From a virus (Duplodnaviria > Caudoviricetes), in IMG/VR virus record IMGVR_UViG_3300037507_003370, positions 64,001 through 128,000 of that record: 64,000 nt of DNA; one strand, 5' to 3'. Below, one piece after another: positions 33,695 to 45,118 of the stretch (position 1 is its first letter; each line of letters begins with the position of its first letter). A program made the translations under genes and the position numbers. The notes below the pieces were generated by a model, which saw nothing but the letters and a program-made list of their open reading frames with translations, was not told where the DNA came from and did not search any database.

Positions 33695-36600
33695 TGAATA
33701 TGATACAAAATAATGAATACGATATACAAGAAGACGATAACAGCGGCGGTGGAGATGGAGGTAGCGGCGGTGGAGGTTTTACAGGAAGTTTTATTGATTG
33801 GATGGGGGCAGCATGGAACACTGCCGTAGCTGTTTTTGCTGGAAGTCCACCTCCCCAAGATTCATCAACTAAACAATCATCCCCGCCTCAGCCTGCTCAA
33901 GTTAACTATGGCGCGGATTTAGCAGCCTGTTTGGGCTTAATTCTTCCTTCAACTAGCGGCAATCCTCCAACGCCAGAAGCAAATAATAATTGCATATCTT
34001 GTCCACCAGCAGATTTTTTCTATCCGTGTTTACAGCATAATGTTGATGCTAAAGATCATTATCTTCATATTGGTAGAATCAATAAAAATTATTTTGATAG
34101 TTATGGGCCATATCCTGGTGGTACAAATTTTGGACCAGGAAATGATAATTATTTCGCAATTGGATCAACTACTGAGACTATTCCAGACTCATCATCGAAT
34201 CCTGATAAAACTGAAGGCTTTGTTCTTGGAGAGCCTACTGATCCATTAGGAACATTTAATTTAGCTGGACTGAATGCCGATGGGTTTCCTAGGCAAAAAA
34301 AATTATATGTAAAAAGCGGAGCTGAAGATGACTTTGTTTTTGGAGATCCATTTAATTACCTTGATCCAAGAGCGATATTGACTCTACCAAATCAAGTTTA
34401 TGTTAATAATCCTAGTGCTTTAGGTTCTGATCACAGCCAAAATCCAAAATCTAAATTGGTTCCATTAATAGCTAGCGAAGACTATACAATATTATCTAGG
34501 TTAACGAGTGGTACTTTCATTGGCAATGCCACTTTAGCGAGGCACCTTCCTCCATTTAAAAGAACATATCATGGACAAGGAACCCCATATGACTTTAGGC
34601 CATATAGGGATGTTTTTGCTAAATTATTTAGCACTATATATGTTTTATATAAAACTAGCGCAAATGAGACTCTAACAAAAAATAAAAAAAGGAGCGCTAA
34701 TGATCCTACATTAACAGATCCTATTGGTCAGGCAATAATGCCAAGTAAAATGAGTCCAGAACAAAAAATAGAAGCATCTTTATGGAATAGTAGAAACATA
34801 AACATATCCCACAAAGCTGCGATGCCTCATTTTGCTGCGGTCCCGATAGTTAGTAATCAGCTTGTATACGGCCCTTGGACAAACTATCCAATAAAAGAAA
34901 AAAAACAAATATTTCCATATCTTCTCGATGACGCAAAACAAAACATAGCTATAGAGAATATGATCTGTAATACAAAAGTCAAAGTTGACACAGATTTAAA
35001 TCCTTGGACTTTTAATGGCGTTTATATGTTGGATAATTATGTTGATAAAATTATAAATGAAGATCTAAGCTATCAATTATCTTTAGAAACTGGACAAATT
35101 ACCATACCTGGATTACCAGCATTTAGTTTAGGAGATGAATTTAGACTAGGAGGAAGTACATTATTAAATAATGATATTTATCATAATCGAGCCGGTGGTG
35201 GTGGTGCTTTAGGAATTAATAAAAATGGTAGAGTGGCACCACTAGCGCTTTCTAGCAATGTAACAAGCATGTCTGTTCAACTAAGTAATGGTAAGGGTGA
35301 GACAACATACACATTAAGAACATATACATCAAGACTAAGCTTATACAATAAAGAAAATGCAGACAGGTTCAAAAAACTAGCAGAAGAAAGTAGAAAAGTT
35401 AAAAAAGAATCTAGTAAATTTACAAATATGATGTATCATAGGAATCGTAAACTTACAGAACAAAATTTTAATAATACTCTTAGAGATCTGCTATATAGGC
35501 ATGAGATGAGGAAAACTTCTTCATCAAGTCCTACAGAAGTTTTGGTTGGGTCATTTAATCACTATGCAAACTTTGTAACAAATAGACTTTCTACGCAAGA
35601 TGCTGCTCTAGGAGCCTCTGGTCCTACCGGCATATTGTCTATGCATAGATCTCGTGTTGGTTTATATGAACCTAAAGAAATGAATAGAGAACTTGATACA
35701 GGATATGCTACGAAATCATTTATGAGTCTTGATGGTATATTTTCCCCAGTATCATTTTATCCTACTCCATTTACATCAACCAAACACTATATTAAATATG
35801 ATAGAAGATTTTGTCCATTTTGTAATGGAACAAAGGTATATACAAAAGATGCCCTAACTCAACAAAATGATAGCGCAACAAAATATTATTGCGATTATTG
35901 TGAAGATAGATCGGGATCAAAGAGGTCTCCTTCGATAAGAGAGAATTTACCTCCTTTTATACTAGCTTCTGGAATAAAACTTGCGGTAAGAGACCCAGTT
36001 AATCAATCAGCCGAAGTAATGGTTTATGAATATGTTACAGATAAGGCCTTAATACAAAATCCAAAAAAGTTTTTGGAAGAATTTGGTAAAAAAACTGTAA
36101 ACTTATTTAATCTTAATCCTATTATAGTAGCCACTGGGGAGTTTAGGAATTCTAATGCATCTAGCGGAGATATGAGCGGGCATAGCATAGACATAGTAGG
36201 TAGAGGCTATATTCCTCCTAAAAATTCATTAAGAATTACAGAGAATATTGTTAATAGCGAAATTATGTCTAATAAATCCAGTAATGCTAATAAAAAATTA
36301 AAAAGATATGATCCTCAAGCTGGTACATTTATAGATGATACGGCATTTACAGGAAATTATATAGCAAAAGACTTTAGTAATTTAGATTATGAGTTTCATA
36401 GACATTTGAAGCATGTGATTAATTTACAGAATCCAAAATATGAGCTACTTAACCAAAGGTTTTTTAGTCTTAGAGGACCGCTTGTATTACATGCTTGGGG
36501 TTACGATACAGAAGGATATCCAGTACCAAATGCTTCTGGAGAACCACACCCAGACTATATAGATACTGAAGGAAGACCATTAAGAACAAAAGATTTAAAT

Positions 36601-37260
36601 ACATTTGGTAGTGCAAATCCTGAGGATGGTGATTGCGGATCAATAGTTATAGGGAAAAATCAAGTGTGGGACGAAGCCAAATCAACATGGAGTGCTCCAT
36701 ACAAAGAGATGTCTTTTGCTAATGAATGGGGTCAACAGCCTAATCTATGGCCAGTTGGACCTATAGATTTGAGATGGGATGAAGATAGAAGCGTATGGAC
36801 TGTGCCACAGCCGTATAAAAATGTCTATGTTACGCTTGAAGAAGATATGGTATTAGAAAGAAATTCTAAAACTACATATCCAGCCAGAGGATTTATAGAT
36901 AGTACAGAAGTTTCTAAAGATCCATTGCCATCAGGATTAAGAAGAGTGGTATTTGTAAAAGACTATGCGGGATATACGGCACCAAGAGGAGCTAAATTAT
37001 ATTGTAGATATAATTCAGAAACAGGATTTTATGATCCAGTTAGCAAGCCCAACATCATTGCTTCTGGAGTTCTACAACAAGGAAATACTGCCACAATATA
37101 TAACTCATATGCGGCACCAAATAATGGAATAGTTCAGCAAGTAGCAAAAATTACTACAAAATTTGCTAATAATCTTGGCATAGAAATAAAACCAAATCAC
37201 AAAGCACTATTCATTTATATGGAAGGATCTTGGAATTTAATGTCCATAGGAGGTCAATAA
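33694..37260 (+). CDS. Putative tail-associated protein (1188 aa) with a CxxC...CxxC zinc finger
   Basis: TAATG-coupled to the previous gene. Has CPFCNGTK...YCDYC and LETGQITIPGLP...LGD...SMSVQ...TTYTLRT (hub C-terminal-like). Confidence 0.45.
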   Translation: MNMIQNNEYDIQEDDNSGGGDGGSGGGGFTGSFIDWMGAAWNTAVAVFAGSPPPQDSSTKQSSPPQPAQVNYGADLAACLGLILPSTSGNPPTPEANNNCISCPPADFFYPCLQHNVDAKDHYLHIGRINKNYFDSYGPYPGGTNFGPGNDNYFAIGSTTETIPDSSSNPDKTEGFVLGEPTDPLGTFNLAGLNADGFPRQKKLYVKSGAEDDFVFGDPFNYLDPRAILTLPNQVYVNNPSALGSDHSQNPKSKLVPLIASEDYTILSRLTSGTFIGNATLARHLPPFKRTYHGQGTPYDFRPYRDVFAKLFSTIYVLYKTSANETLTKNKKRSANDPTLTDPIGQAIMPSKMSPEQKIEASLWNSRNINISHKAAMPHFAAVPIVSNQLVYGPWTNYPIKEKKQIFPYLLDDAKQNIAIENMICNTKVKVDTDLNPWTFNGVYMLDNYVDKIINEDLSYQLSLETGQITIPGLPAFSLGDEFRLGGSTLLNNDIYHNRAGGGGALGINKNGRVAPLALSSNVTSMSVQLSNGKGETTYTLRTYTSRLSLYNKENADRFKKLAEESRKVKKESSKFTNMMYHRNRKLTEQNFNNTLRDLLYRHEMRKTSSSSPTEVLVGSFNHYANFVTNRLSTQDAALGASGPTGILSMHRSRVGLYEPKEMNRELDTGYATKSFMSLDGIFSPVSFYPTPFTSTKHYIKYDRRFCPFCNGTKVYTKDALTQQNDSATKYYCDYCEDRSGSKRSPSIRENLPPFILASGIKLAVRDPVNQSAEVMVYEYVTDKALIQNPKKFLEEFGKKTVNLFNLNPIIVATGEFRNSNASSGDMSGHSIDIVGRGYIPPKNSLRITENIVNSEIMSNKSSNANKKLKRYDPQAGTFIDDTAFTGNYIAKDFSNLDYEFHRHLKHVINLQNPKYELLNQRFFSLRGPLVLHAWGYDTEGYPVPNASGEPHPDYIDTEGRPLRTKDLNTFGSANPEDGDCGSIVIGKNQVWDEAKSTWSAPYKEMSFANEWGQQPNLWPVGPIDLRWDEDRSVWTVPQPYKNVYVTLEEDMVLERNSKTTYPARGFIDSTEVSKDPLPSGLRRVVFVKDYAGYTAPRGAKLYCRYNSETGFYDPVSKPNIIASGVLQQGNTATIYNSYAAPNNGIVQQVAKITTKFANNLGIEIKPNHKALFIYMEGSWNLMSIGGQ

Positions 37261-37649
37261 TGGATCCGTGGGAACTTGAGTCTATAGACTATAACCAAAT
37301 AAGTAATCTTAATGATTATTATCATTTTAAAATAATTTTAGATCATATGGATAATATATTTTTTGATATGAAAAATAAACTCATAAATTATATTGCTACT
37401 AGAAAAACAGCCAATAATATAGATTTAGTTCAGGCAGACGATCTAAATAGAGAGTTATTGAATCTTTTGGAGCAATATAGATCAGAGTATAAAAAAAAGA
37501 TATCAATATTATCTCATATTTCTGATATTGAGGGAAAGACAAATGTAAAAACAGCAAATATTTTTTATGATAATTTACAAGTTTTTATTACTAATGAATT
37601 ATATAAAGCATATGGATTATTAATTAGATATCTAGATGAGAGATTTTGA
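37260..37649 (+). CDS. Hypothetical alpha-helical protein (about 129 aa)
   Basis: ATG at 37260 overlaps the upstream TAA (TAATG), which is preferred over the ORF-track start at 37230. Confidence 0.7.
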   Translation: MDPWELESIDYNQISNLNDYYHFKIILDHMDNIFFDMKNKLINYIATRKTANNIDLVQADDLNRELLNLLEQYRSEYKKKISILSHISDIEGKTNVKTANIFYDNLQVFITNELYKAYGLLIRYLDERF

Positions 37650-40600
37650 CTATGGGCAGTCTTGCGTCACAACAAGCTTCAGACCAAGCCTCTACTCTTT
37701 TTAGAGAGGCATTAGCTTTAATTTTAAAATCATATCCTCCTTATGATTTTGAATTATATAATACTTACATACTTCCAACAGAACAATTGAGGCCTAGGCC
37801 GTTTGTGCCAAGGCCAGCGCCAGCACCTTTAACCAGCGCATTGCCATATACATTTAGATTTAATGAAATAGGAATACAAAATGAATCTAAAATGTTTAAT
37901 GGTCCAAATTCTTGTGATATATATAACACAACTTTTGATTATGACTTGGATATGTCTTCTATATCAGAAAATGATATTGTTATAAATCATCGCATAGAAG
38001 ATTATGTATCTCCATTTAGACCAGAGATAAGCGGTATATGGAGACCAGCATTTTTATATATAGACCATGCAAACGCTAATAACAGAAACACAGTGATAAC
38101 TAGAAAAGACTTAGGACAAGATAATGTTTATGAAGCCGGTCTTAAATTAGAACAATTTATTACGATAAATAGACCAATCTTAAAGAGCTGGACATTAAGC
38201 GATGGGGCTACCTTCAATATAGATTTTTCTATACCAAAAGATAGTGTTGTAGAAGCTTCTGTTTTAGGCTTAATGTTCTGGTATAGATGGTATGAGACGG
38301 ATAGAGAAAATAAAGTTAAACAAACATTTACTATTGTTACTCCAGAACAAACAGTGACAGATGTTATTTTAAAAGCATTTAATTTTAATAACGAAAGGTA
38401 TAAAGCTCAGCTTATAGACCATGCATATTCAGAACCAGAAGACGGAGAGGAAGTTACGAATGTCGTTAGATATGGTCTTCACTCAGGATTAGTGGACGGA
38501 GATAGAGTCATTATAAAAGAAAAAACAAATCCACATTTCGAAATATATGACGAATATATATATGAAGTAAAAAATAATGCTGAATGGATATGTTTAGGTA
38601 AAAAAAGATTTATTCCTGGACTAGATATATTTATTCCATATGATGATTTTTTTGTATCATTCAATAGCGAGTTTGATAAACAAGATTATATAGATAGAAA
38701 AGACGGAGAGTTTGGTTCATACTCTTTTCCAAAATGTAAAATTAATACCAATGATTATAATAGATACATAGCATCATATAATAGTCTTTTTAATATTGCA
38801 ACCACGGACAATACTCTTGCAAAAATATTTGAAGTTGATAGAATTAATGCTAATTTATTACCAGGAGAAGAAAGACAAAGAATAACTTCTGCTTATGGAA
38901 TGAGATCAGATCCTGATTTTTTCGAAAAAGGACATAATAGATATATAGCAGCCAAGAATTTATGTAAATTTTTATCTACTAGTCCAGTAGACGAAGGAAT
39001 AACTCACAATTTATATGCTAATCCAGATTTTAATGGTCTAGATTTATTTGATTTATATTCAGTAGCTAATTTAACAAATTTAAAAAGTAATTTAGAAAAT
39101 TTATTTGGTAAAATGACAATAGAATCAATTGCTGGTAGTGAAATACCAGAATTATTAGGAAAAGACAAAAGCTCCGAACAAAAAATTCTAAAAAATGAAG
39201 TTAAACCATTTGCTTTTGCTATGGAAAATCATTCAAATTTAACATTTGATAATGGTAGAATTGTGGCGACAAAAAAGGACTTGGTTACAGAACTATTTAG
39301 AAAAAGTACTAAAAATAGATATATATATTTCCCAAAAAATCAAAAATCAAAAATTGTATCTAAATTTAATGTAGAGGATGCTCAGTGTTATATCGATTTA
39401 AATTTCCAAGAAAAGATGCATATTCCAATAAATAATTTATGTCCAGTAAGAAATGCTCCTTGTAGTTGTGGAGGAAGGGCTCCGTGGGCGCCAGATAATG
39501 CTGCTTCTCTATGGTATAAACAAAATTTTAATATTGCTGGATTTAATATTTATACTAGACTTAAGGTTCCTGACGATGCCGAATTTGAAGATGGAGAAAG
39601 AGAGAGTTTAAGATTATCATATATCGATGAGAATGGCAACGAGGATAAAAGTATCATACACGATATACATATACTTTCTTTTATGGATTATGGTAATTTA
39701 GATACAGAATTTTATAATCAAGCTGTAAATGCTATATATGATGCTTATGGAATAACTCAAAAGTTCCAGCAAAAATATAATCTTGAAAGAAATGTTTTTT
39801 TTGGAAATGGAGAATATTTTGATATATTATTTACCGATCAGTACTCCTCTCCACCAAGTCAAGTAAGAACCATAAAAGGAAAATATTACCAAGAAAATTT
39901 AACATTTGAAAATGCAGTTAAAAATCAAGCTGATGTGATATCCGAATATGCAAAAAAAAATGATAAGATTAATAGGATACTAAGTCTTATAGAAGATAGA
40001 TTTGCCTATAGGCCAGCACAGCAAAAAACATTCTCTCCAAATATTAGACAATTGTATACTAATAAGCTAGGTGGAGCATATTTTAAAAACATAAATCTAT
40101 TCACAACAGGAAGAAATCGTTTCTGGAATTTTAGAACCGGACCAGTGCCAATTAGAGATACTCAGTATTTTACAACACAGTCGATTAAGTCTCTTGTTAA
40201 TGTTAGAGACGAAGAAAATAAAAAAATAGAAATATCTTTTGACTGCGGAAACGCAATAAGTATAGAATTATATGATTTATCTATTAGTAAATTAAGATCT
40301 GATAAATTAGAAACAGCAAGTTGTGTTGAATTTCCAAACAAATCTCCTTTATTAGATGATAGTATCTTTGCATATGACAAAATTATAGGATATGAATATA
40401 ATGAATCACAATATTTATTAACTACCAGAACAGCACCGCCAATAATATCTTATGGTGGACACAGAGACACTACCATATCTCAACTAGGACTTGCTATAGA
40501 AAGCCACCCACCACCAATATCAGCACCAGATCAAGATTATCCAAATGATTTTAAAATTAGAGAAAGAAACACATTACCATATACTGCTAAAAATTCATAC

Positions 40601-43600
40601 TATTATATAAATAATCAAACAGAATTAGCCAACGCTAGAAGACAAAATTCTATAGACAATGGTAGAGGTGACGCATGGAACGGGGCATATATATGGGATA
40701 AATCAGCAGTTAAATGCTTTCTTTCTCCAACAACATTTAACAATGAAATAACATTTCGCAAAGGATTCTTTCATCCAAATAAAGGATGGATTGATCATAC
40801 TCTACTTACAGGAGATTTGGAGACTTTAAAAAATAAGACAGCTGTAAAAGATTTATCAAAGTCAATTTGTAAAGAATTTAGTGGCTATGGCACAATATTT
40901 AATAATGTTTTAGCAACAGATGAAGAGGCTAAGGCTATTATATGTGCAAAGAATCATAAAGGTCCTGATAATTTGATAATAAAAACAGGATTTAAAAATT
41001 GGTTAGGAGATTATGTAAATGATAGATATGAGCTACATGTTCCTCCTAGTTTTATAACGATTGATATTGATGAAAATATAGACTTTATAACTCATTTATC
41101 TGTTAGGCTTAAAAATTTCACCCACACTTGTCCTAAAGATGTTAGAGCTAGTCTTTTAGATTCTTTAGCATATCGTCATTTAGCCTGGAATATTGTTGAT
41201 GATACATTAGCTAGATTGCTTGCTTTTAGTAAATGCAATAGTGCTAGTGAAGATAAAAATTATGCTGAAAAAATAAGAGCCCAGAGAGCAAAAGAAAAAA
41301 GTTCTTGGCTAGGACAATTTGCTAGAAAGAGAAAACCATTTCCTAGACATCTATTATTTAATAACACTATTTTAAATTATGTTAATGATTTTGAAATGAT
41401 ATTTGACAATTATGCTAGAAATAGTTCTTTATTTGCTCATTCGTCCGACAGAATTCTCCCGGTGCAGTCATTAGATTATTATATAGGAACATCCGGAGTT
41501 AATACAGGCTTTGGAGACTATGTTGATACAAATGATGAGGGAGAAGCAACTGTTTCTTCAGAAAAAGCAAAAACCTGGGCCGTATTGTTTGAAAATCTTG
41601 GGGGCGACGAAGAGGGCGGTACTTGTGCATCATTACAAGTTTGTACCGGATGTCCTGTTCCTAATTATGATAGCAAGAGCATATACAACAGATTTGACTA
41701 TAATAATGAAGCATTTAATATACCTTTTAATACTGGATATAATTTTATAGCAAATTTTCGTAATAGAACGCATATAATACCTCCTATTAATCTTGAGGCT
41801 CCATATAATACATATATTTCAGAATATCCATCGACTAATCTTGGAGCAAGAGTTCCCATACAATTATCCTGCTTACCTCAACCAGATCCTCCAAGACCCA
41901 GAGAATTTCCAAAAGTAGAATTTCCTCCACTTCCAATTTTCATACCTCCTGCACATCCATCTATTGTCGGCTTACTAACTCATATCGCTATAATGACTAG
42001 TCTATGGGAGCAGGGCTATGGTTTTGATTGGGGGGCTTTTGCAGGAATAGCTTTCCCGAATCCGCTAATTGCTGGCGCATCAAGAAGAGAAAAAATCAAT
42101 AAGTATATGCAAAATAAAGGATATCTTCAAATCGAAGGAACAACAGGAGAAGCTCTAAGATTCTTTAACAAAAAACAAGACCTTTCTCTATATGACGATA
42201 AACCATTCGGAATATCAGATAAAGTACAATTAGAAGTTCAATATAATGGATGTTTATGGTACAATATAGAGGCTGATATATTTAAATATTCTCAACAGTC
42301 TTCGCCCGCACTAGAAAACAAAAAGTTTAGGTATATAAAGTATTCAGAATATAAAGATAGTGTTTCTGTTTCTTCAGCCGGAGGAACAGAGTATATTCCT
42401 CCATTAAATTATCCCGGATTTGACTATAATATATCAATTAAAGAAGAAACAGATGAGATAGTCATGGATGGAGCTAGACCATTTTATTCATTTTATCAAA
42501 ACGAAAATATATCTATAGTTTATGAAAAAATTAAGATTACTCCAACGGGCACAGTAGTATCCAATGGAACAATCAGTGCTTCAATATTAGAAATAAAATT
42601 AGATGAACAGATAAATTTTAGATACTCTACTAATCAGATAGTATATGCTGAAAAAGAGCCAAATAGTTTATCCATAGGAGACGATACGGAAATAATGGAT
42701 GAACCTACTAATAAGAAATATATTGAAGGAAGCAGAACAATTATCAAATTGAGTTCACGTATTCCTTCTTTGGGCGATAAAGAATCATATACCAGAGCAT
42801 ATATAAAAAAACAACAAACTACAAATTTTTTAATATTTGATCCGACTGTTACTGATGGAATAGTGGATATTAAAACAGGGAGTGTGAGCAATCAAATAAA
42901 AGAAAGACTCACTCCTTTTGGCAAATGGGGAGACATTAAAGAAACCAGTCTCGGACCAATAGTGGCTCCATATATAAAAGATCAATTATTTTCTGAAGGT
43001 AGTCTTGGATGGGGAACTAATTTAATAAATAATAAACCAAAGTCCGTAATATTTCCAGAACCATTATTAACATTACGAGATTTTGACTATCATTATGGAA
43101 ATACTAATTATTGTGGAAAAATTAAATTCACTAAGTCTAATAATCCATCGAATGTTCATATATGCAATATGAAATTTAATCCTAGAAAGATATATGATTA
43201 TGTTGGACATCCATATGCTAAGTCTAGAGAAGATGAATTTATATCATTTACAGGATATCCAAGACCATTGCCAATAATTAAAAATAGAATATATGGACAT
43301 AATCTATTCAGCATATCTGAATCAAATGCGAATCTATTCGAGTTTGGTAAAGAAAATAAACAAATGGCTTTATATAGAGATAAAAATTTAGCAAACTATT
43401 ATTTACCATTTTATGATCTAACTTTGGATCCATCTATTTTAGACACTGAACTTTTATCTAATGCTCCAATAATACATACTCAATTGTCTCCAGGCAGCGG
43501 AACCGTACAATTTGAAAATATAATGTCTGTTAATGACAAAGTATTGTATGATTCTAATTATTATTGGATTAATATTCCAAATGATGCTAGTGGTGTTTTA

Positions 43601-44290
43601 AGTTCTTCTTCTAAAATTCCAAAAGCAATAATACAAAAATGCGATATGGGTCTTGGTGCTGTAAGATACTGTCACAATGTTTGCAATACGCAGCTAATAG
43701 GTCCTACTTGGCCAAATATGAGAGACGATCTTGGATCATCGGATCAACTAATATATAAATACCCCAATGAAAATATACCAAGATGTCCCGATGTTGAATA
43801 TGAAGAGAGAGAAACTGAACAAAGATTCTATATGGGGTGTGGAGAGACAAAAAATGATAGTATCGTTGGTATGGAAGTTAAACAGGTTTATGATGTGCCT
43901 GTAGGAACACACACGTATATATCTGCTAGAGACTTATTTGAAAATAATAATGAGATAAAAGTAAGATTTAAATATATACCAAGAAAGATACCAACAGATT
44001 TTAGAATAACATTAGGTAACAATATAGTTAATCAAAGCCAATTATCTTTTTGGGTTTGCCATAAAACAAGCTTTAGTAATATATATAATGTAAGAACAAT
44101 CGTAGAATCTCCTCCGTTTTATAAGGTTTTAAATGAAATGATTTTCAGGAGTTGGTTTGGAGAAAGACAAAAAATAGGAATGCAAGATACATATAATCAA
44201 ACTATATATTTACAACAAAATCATTACAAATGGGTTCCATATGATTATGATACAGAAGAGGACTTATTTAAAGAAGAAAGAGGATATTAA
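37646..44290 (+). CDS. Giant structural protein (2214 aa) with a proprotein-convertase P-domain-like module
   Basis: ITIDID...ITHLSVRLKNFTHTCPKDVRASL...LLFNN...MIFDNYA matches the P-domain pattern. Also has an LVDGDRVIIK...YIYEV...W fibre-type motif. Confidence 0.6.
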   Translation: MTMGSLASQQASDQASTLFREALALILKSYPPYDFELYNTYILPTEQLRPRPFVPRPAPAPLTSALPYTFRFNEIGIQNESKMFNGPNSCDIYNTTFDYDLDMSSISENDIVINHRIEDYVSPFRPEISGIWRPAFLYIDHANANNRNTVITRKDLGQDNVYEAGLKLEQFITINRPILKSWTLSDGATFNIDFSIPKDSVVEASVLGLMFWYRWYETDRENKVKQTFTIVTPEQTVTDVILKAFNFNNERYKAQLIDHAYSEPEDGEEVTNVVRYGLHSGLVDGDRVIIKEKTNPHFEIYDEYIYEVKNNAEWICLGKKRFIPGLDIFIPYDDFFVSFNSEFDKQDYIDRKDGEFGSYSFPKCKINTNDYNRYIASYNSLFNIATTDNTLAKIFEVDRINANLLPGEERQRITSAYGMRSDPDFFEKGHNRYIAAKNLCKFLSTSPVDEGITHNLYANPDFNGLDLFDLYSVANLTNLKSNLENLFGKMTIESIAGSEIPELLGKDKSSEQKILKNEVKPFAFAMENHSNLTFDNGRIVATKKDLVTELFRKSTKNRYIYFPKNQKSKIVSKFNVEDAQCYIDLNFQEKMHIPINNLCPVRNAPCSCGGRAPWAPDNAASLWYKQNFNIAGFNIYTRLKVPDDAEFEDGERESLRLSYIDENGNEDKSIIHDIHILSFMDYGNLDTEFYNQAVNAIYDAYGITQKFQQKYNLERNVFFGNGEYFDILFTDQYSSPPSQVRTIKGKYYQENLTFENAVKNQADVISEYAKKNDKINRILSLIEDRFAYRPAQQKTFSPNIRQLYTNKLGGAYFKNINLFTTGRNRFWNFRTGPVPIRDTQYFTTQSIKSLVNVRDEENKKIEISFDCGNAISIELYDLSISKLRSDKLETASCVEFPNKSPLLDDSIFAYDKIIGYEYNESQYLLTTRTAPPIISYGGHRDTTISQLGLAIESHPPPISAPDQDYPNDFKIRERNTLPYTAKNSYYYINNQTELANARRQNSIDNGRGDAWNGAYIWDKSAVKCFLSPTTFNNEITFRKGFFHPNKGWIDHTLLTGDLETLKNKTAVKDLSKSICKEFSGYGTIFNNVLATDEEAKAIICAKNHKGPDNLIIKTGFKNWLGDYVNDRYELHVPPSFITIDIDENIDFITHLSVRLKNFTHTCPKDVRASLLDSLAYRHLAWNIVDDTLARLLAFSKCNSASEDKNYAEKIRAQRAKEKSSWLGQFARKRKPFPRHLLFNNTILNYVNDFEMIFDNYARNSSLFAHSSDRILPVQSLDYYIGTSGVNTGFGDYVDTNDEGEATVSSEKAKTWAVLFENLGGDEEGGTCASLQVCTGCPVPNYDSKSIYNRFDYNNEAFNIPFNTGYNFIANFRNRTHIIPPINLEAPYNTYISEYPSTNLGARVPIQLSCLPQPDPPRPREFPKVEFPPLPIFIPPAHPSIVGLLTHIAIMTSLWEQGYGFDWGAFAGIAFPNPLIAGASRREKINKYMQNKGYLQIEGTTGEALRFFNKKQDLSLYDDKPFGISDKVQLEVQYNGCLWYNIEADIFKYSQQSSPALENKKFRYIKYSEYKDSVSVSSAGGTEYIPPLNYPGFDYNISIKEETDEIVMDGARPFYSFYQNENISIVYEKIKITPTGTVVSNGTISASILEIKLDEQINFRYSTNQIVYAEKEPNSLSIGDDTEIMDEPTNKKYIEGSRTIIKLSSRIPSLGDKESYTRAYIKKQQTTNFLIFDPTVTDGIVDIKTGSVSNQIKERLTPFGKWGDIKETSLGPIVAPYIKDQLFSEGSLGWGTNLINNKPKSVIFPEPLLTLRDFDYHYGNTNYCGKIKFTKSNNPSNVHICNMKFNPRKIYDYVGHPYAKSREDEFISFTGYPRPLPIIKNRIYGHNLFSISESNANLFEFGKENKQMALYRDKNLANYYLPFYDLTLDPSILDTELLSNAPIIHTQLSPGSGTVQFENIMSVNDKVLYDSNYYWINIPNDASGVLSSSSKIPKAIIQKCDMGLGAVRYCHNVCNTQLIGPTWPNMRDDLGSSDQLIYKYPNENIPRCPDVEYEERETEQRFYMGCGETKNDSIVGMEVKQVYDVPVGTHTYISARDLFENNNEIKVRFKYIPRKIPTDFRITLGNNIVNQSQLSFWVCHKTSFSNIYNVRTIVESPPFYKVLNEMIFRSWFGERQKIGMQDTYNQTIYLQQNHYKWVPYDYDTEEDLFKEERGY

Positions 44291-44787
44291 TGTTAAATCC
44301 ATATACAATGACGTGTGACTTTAAAAGAATAGCAGAATTTAAATATAAATGCATATACTGTGAAATGGAAGTTACTTCATACAATGCAGGATATCCAGTA
44401 ATGCTTTGTAATAAAAAACTATTGCATTATGGCTCAATGGAGCAATATGGAATGATGCTTCAACCAGTGGCAAACGAGCCACCTCCTCCATCACTTCCTG
44501 ATACGATAGAAGAGAAACCTAAAAAAGAAAAGAAGATTCCTGGCATAATTAGCAAAATATTGAATTTTGGAAAAGCTGCCACTAAACATGCTGTGGCAGG
44601 CAGTCCGAAGTGTACAGAAAAAGAAATCGCAGAGAGATACAATATATGTAAATCCTGCGAATTCTTTAGTGATAATACTTGTACTAAATGTGGATGTAAT
44701 TTAGTAAGAGAACAAGTTTATATGAATAAATTGGCTTGGGCTGACCAGAGTTGTCCAATAGGCAAGTGGAAAGCTATACCAAGATAA
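44290..44787 (+). CDS. Small Cys-rich protein with DUF6171-like C-terminal domain
   Basis: ERYNICKSC...CTKCGC...KLAW....CPIGKW, plus an N-terminal CIYC. TAATG-coupled. Confidence 0.65.
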   Translation: MLNPYTMTCDFKRIAEFKYKCIYCEMEVTSYNAGYPVMLCNKKLLHYGSMEQYGMMLQPVANEPPPPSLPDTIEEKPKKEKKIPGIISKILNFGKAATKHAVAGSPKCTEKEIAERYNICKSCEFFSDNTCTKCGCNLVREQVYMNKLAWADQSCPIGKWKAIPR

Positions 44788-45111
44788 TCACTTAGTCTCC
44801 TTGGACCATTTGTGCCAACCCTTGTTGGGCAAATAGTTTCCATCATCATCTTTTCTCTTAGGAAATAAAGTGCCGCCCTTTTTGTGCTGACCGAAAGCTA
44901 ATACGGCACCACAATCAGAGCACCTTAGTTCATAATAGTCGTTACCTTCTACATTCCTAACAACAAACCTAAAATTGCTGCTACCACATAGTCCACACTT
45001 TTCTTCTCCGAAAATTTCTTGAAGAGCAGACAGTTCCTTAAAAATTTCTTTCTGTCCTTCACCCTCTAATTCAAATTCTAATTTATCATTAACCTTGTAT
45101 CTTAATTTCAT
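44788..45111 (-). CDS. Zn-ribbon hypothetical protein
   Basis: CGLC...CSDCG motifs. ATG at 45111 (MKLRYK) has a GAGG SD and is preferred over 45168. Confidence 0.7.
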   Translation of the reverse strand: MKLRYKVNDKLEFELEGEGQKEIFKELSALQEIFGEEKCGLCGSSNFRFVVRNVEGNDYYELRCSDCGAVLAFGQHKKGGTLFPKRKDDDGNYLPNKGWHKWSKETK

Positions 45112-45118
45112 ATGAACC

